Source: an uncultured Chloroflexia bacterium
GTDB lineage: Bacteria > Chloroflexota > Anaerolineae > JAAYZQ01
Reading direction: 5' to 3'
NCBI GenBank assembly: GCA_963700285.1
Contig: CAVOXA010000006.1
Location: 96,001-160,000 of the forward strand
Length of the DNA stretch: 64,000 nucleotides
The translations under genes were made by a program, and so were the position numbers. This document shows positions 49,601-60,185 of this stretch, in pieces; the stretch's first letter is position 1, and each line of letters begins with the position of its first letter. Below the pieces are notes generated by a model. It worked only from the letters and a program-made list of their open reading frames with translations, was not told the origin of the DNA and searched no databases.

Positions 49601-51700
49601 CAGCTGATCAACCGGGTCGGCTGGGACGGGATCATCCGCCCGCCCGACGCCAACGAGCTCGGCTGGAAGGACACGGTGCGCATCAGCCCGCTGGAGGACA
49701 CCATCGTGGCCCTGCGGCCGGTCAGGCCGGTGCTGCCTTGGGACCTGCCCAACAGCGTCCGGCCGCTCAACCCGGCGATGCCGGAGGGCTCGACCGTGGC
49801 GTTCAACAGCACGGATGCGAACGCCAACCCGACCGCTGCCCATCATCGAACCAGATGACGAACTTTGGCTGGGAGTACGTCTGGCACTGCCACATCCTCA
49901 GCCACGAAGAGATGGACATGATGCGGCCCCAGATGGTGGCCGAGCCGCCGCCCGCGGTGACCGACCTGGCGGGGATGTGGGTGAATGACGGTAAAGGCTA
50001 CCAACGGGAATCGGCTGACTTGGACGGACAATTCGATACACGAGACCGGCTTTGACGGTCCGGAGAGGGCTATCTGCAAACGTGCGGACGGTCCCTGGAC
50101 GTGATGCCTTTGGCCACAGTGGGCGCCGACGTCAACGACATACACAGATACGAGCGCCAAAACAGCCGACCGACGTCTACTTCTATCAGGTATTCGCCAT
50201 CAACACGGTCGGCTTTACAGGCGTGCCCGGCTACAAGAACTTGACGGCGACGAGTGTAGGCTCCAACATCGTTGGGATGCCTGGAGGTGTGACTGCCAGC
50301 CGTTCCGGCGGCTCCGACCAACCTGACGGCGCGGTTCAGACTGGCCCCCAGGTCCGGCTGGATTGGACCGATAACGCCAACAACGAGACCAGCTTTGTCA
50401 TCCAACGGGCGGTCGGCGCGGGCGCGTTCTCCGTCCTGGCCTCAGTCGGTGCGAATACCACCACCTACACCGACCTGACCGTGGTGCCCGGCAACACCTA
50501 TAGCTACCGGGTGGCGGCCGTGAATGCGGGGGCCAGTCCGCCTACTCGAACACGGCGTCCGTGGCCGTTAACCCGGTTTCGACGGGCCCGAGCGGCCTGG
50601 TGGCAGCGATTCAGGCTGGACCCAAAGTCCGGCTGGATTGGACCGACAACTCCACCAACGAGACCAGCTTCCTCATCCACCGGGATGACAACGGGGGCGG
50701 CTTCTTCTTCCTTGCCTCAGTCGGTCCGAACATCACCACCTTCACCGACCTGACCGTGGCGCCCGGCAACACCTATACCTACCACGTGGCGGCCGTGAGC
50801 TCGGCGGGCCAGTCTGCCTGGTCGAACGATGCGACCGCGGATGTCTTGGTGCCGGCGGACCCGAGCACCCTGACCGCAACGCTTCAGGCCGGACCCCAGG
50901 TCCTGCTGGATTGGACCGATAACGCCACCAACGAGGATAGCTTTGTCATCCAACGGTCTGACAACGGGGGCGCCTTCGGCACCCTGGCCACTCTCGGTGC
51001 GAATGTCACCACCTACACCGACACGACCGTTGTGGTCGGCAATACCTACGACTACCAGGTGGCGGCCGTGAACGTGGTCGGCTCTTCGAACTATGCTGGA
51101 CCGGCGAACGTGGTCGTGACGGGTGCCCCGCCTGTGCCGGCCGACCCGAGCGGCCTGGGGACAACGGTTCAGGCTGGACCCCAGGTCCTGCTCAACTGGA
51201 CCGATAACGCCAACAACGAGGATAGCTTTGTCATCGAACGGGATAGCGGGGTCGGCTTCTCCGTCCTGACCTCGGTCGGTGCGAATGTCACCACCTACAC
51301 CGACACCTCCGTAGCGGCTGGCGGTAGCTACAACTACCGCGTAGCGGCCGTGAACCTGGGGGGTCAGTCCGGCTGGTCGAACGTGGCGAACGCGGTGGTA
51401 CCGGCGCCCCCGGGCGGCCCGGCCGCCCCGTCGAACGTGACCGCCCAACGCTCGAATCGCCGTGTCTGGATCCGCTGGACCGACAACGCCAACGATGAGA
51501 CCGGCTTTGTCATCCAGCGAGCCAACGATGCCGGCTTCACGGTCAACGTGGTGCCCTACAATGTGCCTGCCAACGACACGAGGTACAGGACGCCCGGCAA
51601 GCTGTCGAACGGCGTGTACTACTTTAGGATACAGGCGGTCAACGGCTCCGGTGCATCTGCATGGGTGACCTCCACGCCGCCCTCCATCACCATAGATTAA
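46689..51700 (+). CDS. Secreted multicopper oxidase (MofA/OmpB-like) with six C-terminal FN3 domains (heavily frameshifted)
   Basis: Signal peptide; HLHGG (~47668), FYHDH (~47940), HPIHFH (49571), WHCHILSHEEMDM (49882); six WTDN..NE..F repeats. Confidence 0.85.
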
Positions 51701-51711
51701 GCTCCACAGTC

Positions 51712-51750
51712 GCAGCGGGGGAGGGAGCCATCCCTCCCCCGCTGCATGTT
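51712..51750 (+). terminator. Terminator after the multicopper oxidase
   Basis: GCAGCGGGGGAGGGA..TCCCTCCCCCCGCTGC then ATGTTT. Confidence 0.65.
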
Positions 51751-51971
51751 TCAGACATGCATGCCACTCACTGTCATTCGCTCGGCGCCGCTGCCCCCGG
51801 GATAGAGCCACGAAGGATCACTCGCTTTTGAGAACAGAATCCCTGCTACTGCACTGTGGACGGACGCCCACAGAGTTCAAGATCCTACGGGTGCAAAGAC
51901 CCAGGGAGGCGTCTCTGATTGAGTCGCGATATGGGCAGACCTGACAGGTTCTTGGCTCATGGTTGCGTGAG

Positions 51972-52001
51972 TTGACTCTGATCTCTAATGTGAGGTATAA
52001 T
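51972..52001 (+). promoter_or_regulatory. Sigma70-type promoter
   Basis: TTGACT-18-TATAAT. Confidence 0.6.
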
Positions 52002-52073
52002 GAAATTCAGCCTAGTCAGCGATCTGTTTCGGAGAGGACACACAAATCCCCTCCATTCTTGGGCCCAGGAGGC

Positions 52074-53287
52074 ATGATGCTCTCCAGAATCCTGCGAATA
52101 GCGGCTCTATTGCTGTTTACGTCCGGCATCTCGTGCGGCTGCGCGGACTCGACAGTGCAGGCGCCGCTCCTCACGTCTCCGTCTGTGCCAGTCGCTGTTA
52201 CCCCGGCGCCGGACGCTACAGCGTCCGCAGGCACCGCCGCGACCGCGACTCCTACAGACGCAGCGGCGTCCACAAAGGTCGCTGCCGACGCGACTGCAAG
52301 TCCGACTTTCACGGACGCAGCGGCGTCGACCGACTCCGGTGCCTCTGAACTGACAACAATCGTCGTCTACAGCCAGCCGCCCAGCCCCGATGGTGGATTC
52401 CTTCATTCTTCCTTGCGCGACCCGGACGGCAGCGAAACCGACCAGTGGACCTGGGACAGTTTCGCCTTCGATAGGGCTCGGACCATCACCGAGTTGCGCT
52501 GGCAAGGAGGCTACGACCCTGACAGACGCGACTCCGGCGGTCCGGTGCGCGATTTCACGGTAGAGATCTATGCTTCCATCCCGTCCGGCATCGAACCGGA
52601 CATCACCAAGCCCCCTCTGGTGCACTATGAGGTGGAGGGCAACGCCGGCGAGACGCCGGCCGACGTGCTGGGCGGCGTGCAGACCTATGATTACCAGTTT
52701 GTCCTGCCGGCCCCCTTCGAGGCCGACGCCTGGACGCAGTACTGGATCCAGATCGAGGCGCTCCAATCCGGCGCGCCGGACTGGGGGCTGGCCAAAGGCA
52801 CCAGTGGCGACCTCCAGTATTTCCGCAGAATCCCAGGTCAGGGCTATAATTACTGGACGGCTCAAGGCGACGCGGCCTTCGAGATGCTGGGGCCGGGCCT
52901 TGAAGCTGACGCGCCTGTCCCTGAGGTCACGAAATCGCCGGAGGAGATCGCCGCGCTGGTGGAGGAGCTGCCACCGGTCGAGGAGATCCCCGTGAATGCA
53001 GAGGGCGTCCAGGAGATCGTCCTGGTCGTCTCGCGCAGCGGCTATACGCCGGGCCATTTCGCCGTCAAGGCCGGTGTCCCGGTCCGCCTGACCTTCCGGC
53101 AACTGGGCTATGTCCCTGGTGGCAACATCCTGCTCATCTACTGGGACTCGCAGGACAGAGATACCCCTGATCCTCACCTCGCCGGGGGACGCAGAGGTGA
53201 TCGAATTCACGCCGCACGGAGCCGGGCGATTACCGGTTCAGCTGCCCGCATGACTGGTACGAGGGTGTGATGACGGTGCAGGAATGA
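52074..53287 (+). CDS. Exported (lipo)protein: Thr/Ala linker, beta-sandwich domain, C-terminal cupredoxin-like domain (3' frameshift)
   Basis: Signal peptide with Cys; GYTP.HF.VKAGVPVRLTF; alternative frame gives IEFTP..PGDYRFSCPHDWYEGVMTVQE*. Confidence 0.75.
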
Positions 53288-53324
53288 CTTCCGGTTACAG
53301 CAAGCTTCTTTCCTGGAGGAAAAG

Positions 53325-53759
53325 ATGAAAACGGTTCTGGGTGTCGTCATGATCGTCCTGGCGTTGGTTATGGCCATCGCGCCGGTTTTCACCGATTGCG
53401 AGTCGCAGGGTAAGATGCTGACGACCGCTGACGGGAGGAGTGTATCCATGAAGTGCCACTGGGCGGGCATCGCCGAAGTCGCGGCGGCCATCCCCCTGGC
53501 CCTGGCAGGCATCTGGGCGCTGCGCAGCCGGCGCAAGGAAACGACGCGCTTTGCGGCCATTGTCGGCGTGGCGGCCGGAGCGACGGCCATCCTGTTGCCG
53601 ACCGCGCTGATCGGGACGTGCGGGAATCCCATGATGGTCTGCAACCTGATGATGCGGCCGATCCTGCTCGCGTCGGGCATCCTGGCAATTGCGGCCAGCA
53701 TCGCCCTGTTTGTCATTGCGCGGGAGCATGAGCTCCCGGCCGCCCCGGCTGCCGCATGA
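53325..53759 (+). CDS. DUF4418 family membrane protein
   Basis: P.FTDC...MKCHW..AE, LLPT.LIG.C....M.C. Confidence 0.85.
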   Translation: MKTVLGVVMIVLALVMAIAPVFTDCESQGKMLTTADGRSVSMKCHWAGIAEVAAAIPLALAGIWALRSRRKETTRFAAIVGVAAGATAILLPTALIGTCGNPMMVCNLMMRPILLASGILAIAASIALFVIAREHELPAAPAAA

Positions 53760-54954
53760 GCCTGCTGCGGCTTGCCTGGAGGAACATTGCCGGCAACGGG
53801 CTGCGCAGTTGGGTCGTGGCGCTCTGCGCCCTGGTGGTGGCTGCCTTTGCGTTGTTCGCGACGCTTCTCCTGCGCGGGACAGCCACCAGCCTGGAGCTGG
53901 CGGCAGACCGGTTGGGCGCCGATATCGTCGTGGTGCCGGAGGGCGCCCAGACCGAGATGGAAGGCGCGCTGCTGATGGGCGTCCCGGTCGCAGTTCTGGA
54001 TGCCGGCGGAGAATGTGGAGAAACTGGCGGCCATCCCCGGCGTCGAGGCCGTCTCCCCGCAGATCTACCTTGCCACGTTGGTGGACGCCTCGTGCTGTTC
54101 GGTCTCTGAGATGTTCATGGTCGCCTACGATCCCCAGACCGACTTTACGGTGCGGCCCTGGCTGGAGGAAAGGCACTCTCCGCCGGGTTGGGGCTCGGCG
54201 AGGTGATCGGCGGCGACTATATCTTTGCCACGGAAGGGCGAGGATGGCATCCTGGTGTACGGCGACCTGGTGAGGCTCAAGGGCAACCTCGAGCCGACCG
54301 GCACCGGGCTGGATCAGAGCCTCTTTTTCACCCTGGATACGGCGCGCGACATGGCCCGCGTCTCCGAGACCGAGGCGGAGGAGCCTCTGGTCATCCCGCC
54401 GGATCAGGTCTCGGCTGTTCTGCTCAAGACGAAACCAGGCGCGGATACCGAGCCGATCGCGGTGGAGATCTACCGGACCGTGCCAGGGGTCTATCCCATC
54501 CAGAGCGCCAGTCTGTTCCAGTCATCGCGCACGCAGTTGAAGAGCTTGCTCAACACGGTGGTGATCGTGATGGCATTGATCTGGCCGCTGGCCGTCGTGC
54601 TGATCGGCATGATCTACCTGATGGCCGCCAACGAGCGCCGCCGCGAACTCGGGGTGTTGCGGGCGCTCGGGCGCCACGCGCCGCTTTGTCGCCGAGTCGT
54701 TGCTGGTCGAGGCCAGCCTGCTGGCTCTCTGTGGCGCGTCGGTTGGGGTCTTTTTGGCGGTGCTGGCGATCTACCTCTTCAGAAGGTTGATCATGGTCTC
54801 GCTGGGCGTGCCCTTCCTCTTGCCGTCGCCGGGTTCGCTGGCGCTTCAGATCGGGATTGGGCTGCTGTTGGCCATGTTCAGCGTTTTCCTGGCCGCCCTG
54901 CTGCCGGCCATCAAGATCAGCCGGCAGGATCCGGCCATCGCCATGCGGGAGTAG
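53756..54954 (+). CDS. MacB/FtsX-type ABC permease (frameshifted)
   Basis: [57 protein letters not shown]. Confidence 0.85.
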
Positions 54955-54959
54955 CGGCC

Positions 54960-55664
54960 ATGATCAAGCTGGAAGACGTAACCAAGGTCTACGACCTGGG
55001 AAAAGGGAGTTCCGTCACCGCGGTGCGCGGGGTAAGCCTGGAGATCGGATCGGGCGAGTTTGCCGCCATCGTCGGTCGCTCGGGATCGGGCAAGACCACG
55101 CTCCTCAACCTGGCCGCCGGGTTGACCCGGCCGACGTCGGGCCGGGTGACGCTCGACGGCGTCGAGCTGTGGAAACTGACGCGACAAGCAGCAGTCACGC
55201 TTGCGGAGTCGAAAGATTGGGTTCGTCTTTCAGTTTCCAAGCCTGCTGCCGACGCTGACGGTGTACGAAAACGTGATCTTGCCTACCATCTTTGGGTCGG
55301 ACGGAGCACGGGCCGGATGCGCGCGAGCGGGCCGAAGCCATGCTGCACAAGGTCGGCCTGTCCGATAAGCTGACCGCCTATCCGCGCCAACTGTCGGCGG
55401 GCCAGCAGCAGCGCGTGGTCATCGCTCGATCGCTCATCAACCAACCCCAGTTGTTGCTGGCCGATGAGCCCACCAGCAATCTGGATGAGAAGACAGAGAT
55501 GGAGATCATGGGCTTGTTTCGTGATCTTCACGCCAGCCTGGGGCTGACGGTTGTGCTTGTCACGCACACGCGCCAGCTCATCTCGCCGGGGATGCGCTGC
55601 GATCGAAATGGCCGAGGGCCGGATCGTAGGTACGACCACGGCAGGGGCACAGGGAATCACATGA
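54960..55664 (+). CDS. LolD/MacB-type ABC ATPase (frameshifted)
   Basis: [31 protein letters not shown]; natural stop overlaps the next ATG (ATGA). Confidence 0.87.
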
Positions 55665-56419
55665 GATCACTTCGGATCTGGATCCTGGTAGTCACGACCT
55701 CCCTCCTCTGTGGAGGGGTGACTGCCGGCGCAGGGACTGAGCAGTCGATTCATGCAAACCGCAACGCTGTCTCCGCGCCGCCGCTCGTCATCCTCTACAG
55801 CCAGGCGCCCAGCCCATCCGGGGGGCTGCTGCAATCTTCCCTGCGCGACCCCGACGGCAGCGCCAGCGACCAATGGGCCTGGGATGGATTCACACTCGGC
55901 TCGACTCACGCTATCAGCGAAGTGCAGTGGCGCGGCGGCTATGACCCTGTCCGGCTCGGCTCTGGTGGCCCGGTGGCCGATTTCACGGTCTCAATTTACG
56001 CTTCCATCCCGTCCGGCATCCAACCGGACATCTCCCAGCCTCCCCTGGTCCACTACAAAGTAGGCGGCAACGCCAACGAGGCGCCGGTTGAGGTGCTGGG
56101 CGGCGTGCAGACCTACGACTACCGGTATGCCCTGCCAGCTCCCTTCCAGGCCGCCGCAGGGACCAAGTATTGGATCCAGATCGAAGCCTATCAGCCCGGC
56201 GCGCCCGACTGGGGGCTCGCGGCAGCCACCGGGGGGGATGGGCAGTATTTTCGAAGGCTTGAGGGTGATGGCTTCAACTACCAGATCGCCCGCGGCGACG
56301 CAGCTTTTGCGCTGGTAGGGACGGGCGCGGACGGCTATCGGCTGTACCTGCCAGGTGTGTCACGCACACATACCGCAAACGGTCCGGCGGTGAGCTTAAC
56401 CGGGCGGACGCGCAGGTGA
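55661..56419 (+). CDS. Secreted protein, paralog of the beta-sandwich domain of 52074-53287
   Basis: Signal peptide; SSLRDPDGS..DQW.WD.F, YASIPSGI.PDI..PPLVHY; tail YRLYLPGVSR. Confidence 0.75.
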   Translation: MRSLRIWILVVTTSLLCGGVTAGAGTEQSIHANRNAVSAPPLVILYSQAPSPSGGLLQSSLRDPDGSASDQWAWDGFTLGSTHAISEVQWRGGYDPVRLGSGGPVADFTVSIYASIPSGIQPDISQPPLVHYKVGGNANEAPVEVLGGVQTYDYRYALPAPFQAAAGTKYWIQIEAYQPGAPDWGLAAATGGDGQYFRRLEGDGFNYQIARGDAAFALVGTGADGYRLYLPGVSRTHTANGPAVSLTGRTRR

Positions 56420-56482
56420 GCGCCAGCGGTGCCCTCTAGCCAGGGCAATCAGGAACCCCTAAGGAAAGGAAGCCGATTGCGT

Positions 56483-56938
56483 ATGAAAGTCATAGGAGTC
56501 ATTCTGATCGCCCTGGCCCTGGTTATCGGCATTGTGCCCCAGTTCACCGACTGTCTGGCCCAGGGCAGCGCCATGAAGATGCCGAATGGCAATCTCGTGC
56601 CCATGCGTTGCCATTGGACGCGGCAGGCTGAGGTCGCGGTGGCACTGCCACTGGCGATCGTGGGCATTCTGGTGTTGCTCAGTCGCCGCAGGCAGACGCT
56701 ACGTGCCCTTTTGCTGGTCGGCATGGCTCTGGGCCTGGCCGCGATCCTGCTGCCCACCTACCTGATCGGGGTCTGCGCCAGCGACGACATGATCTGCAGC
56801 ATGCTCATGAAACCCACCCTACTGTTTGCCGGTGTGCTTACAGTGGCCACCTGCCTGGTCGGGGTGGTCTACTTGCGCGGCGAGGGTGACGATTACACCG
56901 AAACCGATCCGATCGTTGGCGAGGAGGCAGGCACATGA
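56483..56938 (+). CDS. DUF4418 family membrane protein (second paralog)
   Basis: PQFTDC...MRCHW..AE, LLPTYLIGVC...MIC. Confidence 0.85.
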   Translation: MKVIGVILIALALVIGIVPQFTDCLAQGSAMKMPNGNLVPMRCHWTRQAEVAVALPLAIVGILVLLSRRRQTLRALLLVGMALGLAAILLPTYLIGVCASDDMICSMLMKPTLLFAGVLTVATCLVGVVYLRGEGDDYTETDPIVGEEAGT

Positions 56939-57546
56939 GAAGAGACAACCAAATGGGCACTGGCTCTGCTGGGCCTGGCCTTTGCCGTCGGCTTTGGCCT
57001 GTGGGCCCAATCGCTCTTTGTCACGTCCGAGCTGGTACACTTTTCGGTCAACTTTCCCTCCGATGGCCGGGCGGAAACGATGTCGTGCTGCGATCTGGGC
57101 GGGCCCTGGGCACGAGATCGCGATCCCGAGTGGAATGATTATGCCGCCGGGGGGTGCTGGTCTACGGCGAGGAGGGCGCCGTCGTGATCGATGCCGGGCG
57201 GCAAGGGTTGTTGAAGCGCACCTTGCAGCCCAACTATCTGAGCATTTCCAGCCACTGGGTGAGGAACGTGGGCACCCAACCCTACCAGATCCGGCTGGAC
57301 ATGGACATGTGCGGCTGGGACCTGAAATGGGTGACCTTTGAGCGGGATTGGGACCCCGAGGCCAAGATGACTACCCGGTTCATCGATCCCGGGCAGAGCT
57401 TTAACATGGACTGGTTCTTTACCATCCCCACGAAACAACGGGACCAGGCAACTATCTGCGAGGGGCAGCTCGACGTCTATGACGCCGAGACCGACGACCT
57501 GCTGACCGAACTGCCGATCGTGATCGTCAACTCGAAAGCCAACTGA
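56935..57546 (+). CDS. Hypothetical exported protein (frameshifted)
   Basis: ATG overlapping the previous stop; C-terminal 130 aa open (57154-57546). Confidence 0.5.
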
Positions 57547-57563
57547 AACCCAGGAGAAGCGCC

Positions 57564-58466
57564 ATGTCCGTGTATCCCACCACCTACCGAACGCTGCGCC
57601 GCCATTGGTTCCATCGCTTTCTCTTCTTTCTGCTGGGGATCGTATTGCTGTATGCGCCCTTTGCCCTGTTCACGCGTCTCGTCCTGTGGCTGTCAGGCAG
57701 CCCCCTGCTGCCGGATGCGCACCGCATCTGTCTGCGCATGCCAATCCAATGGCTGGCCCAACCCTGGATGTACGGGACCATGATCCAGCAACCGGCCTAC
57801 TTGGTGGCCATCCTGGTCCTGCCCGGAATCGCCCTATTTGTTGGACCGGTGTTCTGTGGCTGGATGTGCCCGGCCGGCGGGATGACAGAATACCTGAGCC
57901 GGCTGGTTCCCCCGCGCTTTCAGATGGACCTGGGGGGCAAGGTCAACCCGGTTCCGATCCGCTACGGCTTTACGGTGGGCATGATGGTCGCCTCGTTCAT
58001 CGGCGGCAACGTCTGCTGCTCGTTCTGCAACTTTACCCACACCCAGAACATCATCAGCGCCGTGTTCGGCGACTTTACGGGGATCACCTACTGGGCCTCT
58101 TTCATGGTCATCAGCTTTGTGCTGTGGTTCGTTGTCCTGGGACTGTTTACCAAAGGCGGGCGCGGCTGGTGTAACCTTCTGTGTCCCGCCGGCGCGCTTC
58201 AGGGTCTGACCCATTCGCTGGGCCGCTGGCTGCGCCTGGGCCACTCGGTTCAGATCCAGCAGAACCAGTGCCGCGGCTGCAAGACCTGTGTCTCGACTTG
58301 CCCCACCTGGGCCATCTCGGTAAAAGAGGACAGGATGCAGATCAATTCCCACGCATGCAACGTCTGCATGGACTGCAGCAAGGTCTGCAGCCGTAATGCC
58401 ATCGCCTTCCGCCGGAACCGTGGTACCGCTAGTCAAGCCGCGTCAGAGCCAGTCCAGGCCAGCTAA
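57564..58466 (+). CDS. NapH/MauN-type membrane polyferredoxin (4Fe-4S binding protein)
   Basis: FCGWMCPAG, WCNLLCPAG, CRGCKTCVSTCP, CNVCMDCSKVC; extra CCSFC. Confidence 0.88.
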   Translation: MSVYPTTYRTLRRHWFHRFLFFLLGIVLLYAPFALFTRLVLWLSGSPLLPDAHRICLRMPIQWLAQPWMYGTMIQQPAYLVAILVLPGIALFVGPVFCGWMCPAGGMTEYLSRLVPPRFQMDLGGKVNPVPIRYGFTVGMMVASFIGGNVCCSFCNFTHTQNIISAVFGDFTGITYWASFMVISFVLWFVVLGLFTKGGRGWCNLLCPAGALQGLTHSLGRWLRLGHSVQIQQNQCRGCKTCVSTCPTWAISVKEDRMQINSHACNVCMDCSKVCSRNAIAFRRNRGTASQAASEPVQAS

Positions 58467-58503
58467 ACAAGCGCAGAGAACCTGGCCCATCAGGAGGTAT
58501 AAC

Positions 58504-58749
58504 ATGTTACGTAAACTGAGCGAGAAGCTGCGCAAGCTGAGCAACAGGCTCCATTCGTTCACCCTGGGGACGACGACTAGCCCTGTTCGCCGTGCTCTTG
58601 AGCCAGGCCGGCCAGAGCTGCGCCCTCACGGGCCAGTGAACGACTTGCGGAGCCTGCGTGCCCAGGCTGCTGCCCATCCTGGCCCTGCCACTCCTGGCGG
58701 ATGGCCTATTAACCGTGACCGGCAAGGTATTGAGCACCGTGACCGGTAG
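58504..58749 (+). CDS. Small hypothetical protein
   Basis: AGGAGG RBS, ATG 58504; basic amphipathic N-terminus. Confidence 0.35.
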   Translation: MLRKLSEKLRKLSNRLHSFTLGTTTSPVRRALEPGRPELRPHGPVNDLRSLRAQAAAHPGPATPGGWPINRDRQGIEHRDR

Positions 58750-58791
58750 AGAATAGAATTAGGACTAGATAGAGCAAATGGACCCCGTGCA

Positions 58792-59039
58792 TGTCGTTGC
58801 GAGTTTATCCATGGCGCGGGGCACCACTCTATGTCTCAGAACCTCGTTCCTCGGGAGGCCGTCATCCTGAGCGCCAGCGAAGGATCTCTTTTATGCATAG
58901 CCGAGATTCTTCACTTCGTTCAGAATGACGAACTATCGGCTCCTTGGTCGGAGCGGAGCGATGAAGCAATCCCCCCTTGTGCCAGGCAGTCGGTTTCTTA
59001 CGAGTACGTGGAGATTGCTTCGCTGCGCTCGCAATGACA
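58792..59039. repeat. Nested GTCA-class REP-like inverted repeats
   Basis: Inner pair GTCATCCTGAGCGCCAGCGAAGGATCTC (58861) / GAGATTCTTCACTTCGTTCAGAATGAC (58903); outer TGTCGTTGCGAG / GAGATTGCTTCGCTGCGCTCGCAATGACA. Confidence 0.75.
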
Positions 59040-59067
59040 GATCTGTCATTTCCGCCTTGAATAGGTA

Positions 59068-60061
59068 CTAGGTTCGGGGCAGTCGCAGCCCCAGGTCCAG
59101 CGACAACGCCCGGCGGTAGATCTCGGGCAGGATGGCCGCATATTCGCCCCAGATGCCCAAGGCCAGGTAGACGATCACCTCTTCCGCCGACTCGCGGCCC
59201 GCCTTTCGCCCGGCAACGATGTCGGGCCACTGGGCATACACGTCCTCGGGGCCAAACAGCCCCAGTTCGTCGAGCATGCCCAATTCCGGTATGCGGGGCC
59301 GGACGTAGCGCCAGTTGTCCACGACGACCTTGTCCGCTTCCGTGAGCACCTCCAGGGCGATCTCCTGGTAGGAGCCCATGCGACCGACAAAGGCGCCGGG
59401 CTTGAGCCAATCCCGCTCAACCAGGGGCTGGTCGCCGGTGGTCACGGTAAAGACAATGTCCGAAGCGCGAACAGCCCGCTCGCGTTCCGCCAGCGGCACA
59501 GCAGTCACCGGAATGCCCACCTCCGGAGCCAGCTCCTCAGCATAGGCCACCGCGGCAGCGGGAAGGATGTCGATGATGTAGGCCTGGCGCAGATCAAAGC
59601 GGTGGCAAAGGGCGCGCAGATGCATCCGGCCCAGCGTTCCCAGCGCCAAAGATGGTGACCACCTCGGCCCCCGGCAGCGCCAGATAGGCCGCCGTCACCG
59701 CGCTGGAGGCGCCCGTCTTGAGGGCGGTCACATAGCCGCCCTCCATGATGCAGGCCGGCAGTCCGGTCTCCGCGTCAAAGAGTAGCACCATGGAGGAGGT
59801 GGTCAGGGTTCCAAAGCGTTCAGGGTTGCCAGGAAAGTAGCTAAAGGTCTTGACAAAGGCCAGTTCTTCGCCCTGCATATAGCCGGAAAAGGGCTTGACG
59901 AAACCGGCCGGGGCGACGTCCATATAGAATTTGTCCCCAGCCACCCGGCCCGCGGCGTCGGCGCGGATCCCGATCTCGGCCAGATCCACCGTTTCGGCCA
60001 TGGTGAGGGTCTGCTGCACGTCCGATTCCGTCAGATAGAGAATCGATTCTGGTACCGGCAT
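59068..60061 (-). CDS. Ornithine cyclodeaminase/mu-crystallin family protein (one frameshift near 59640)
   Basis: LFDAETGLP..MEG.YVTALKTGA, IFGAG, SDIVFTVT, WLKPGA, GRESAEEVI. Confidence 0.87.
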
Positions 60062-60185
60062 GTCGTCTCCTCTTACGCTGAAGACCTGACAGGGCAGATG
60101 TGAAACAGCCGTGTCCGATCGGCAGCATGGTGCATTTATGTCACCTTCGGGCAGCGCAATTCTCGCAACCCAGGCCAGAAACCCG

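Noticed and set aside
51750-51960. Structured ncRNA or IS remnant between the oxidase and the cupredoxin operon
   Set aside because: No recognisable RNA family motif, terminal repeats or transposase fragment; only a short AGACCTGACAGGTT repeat
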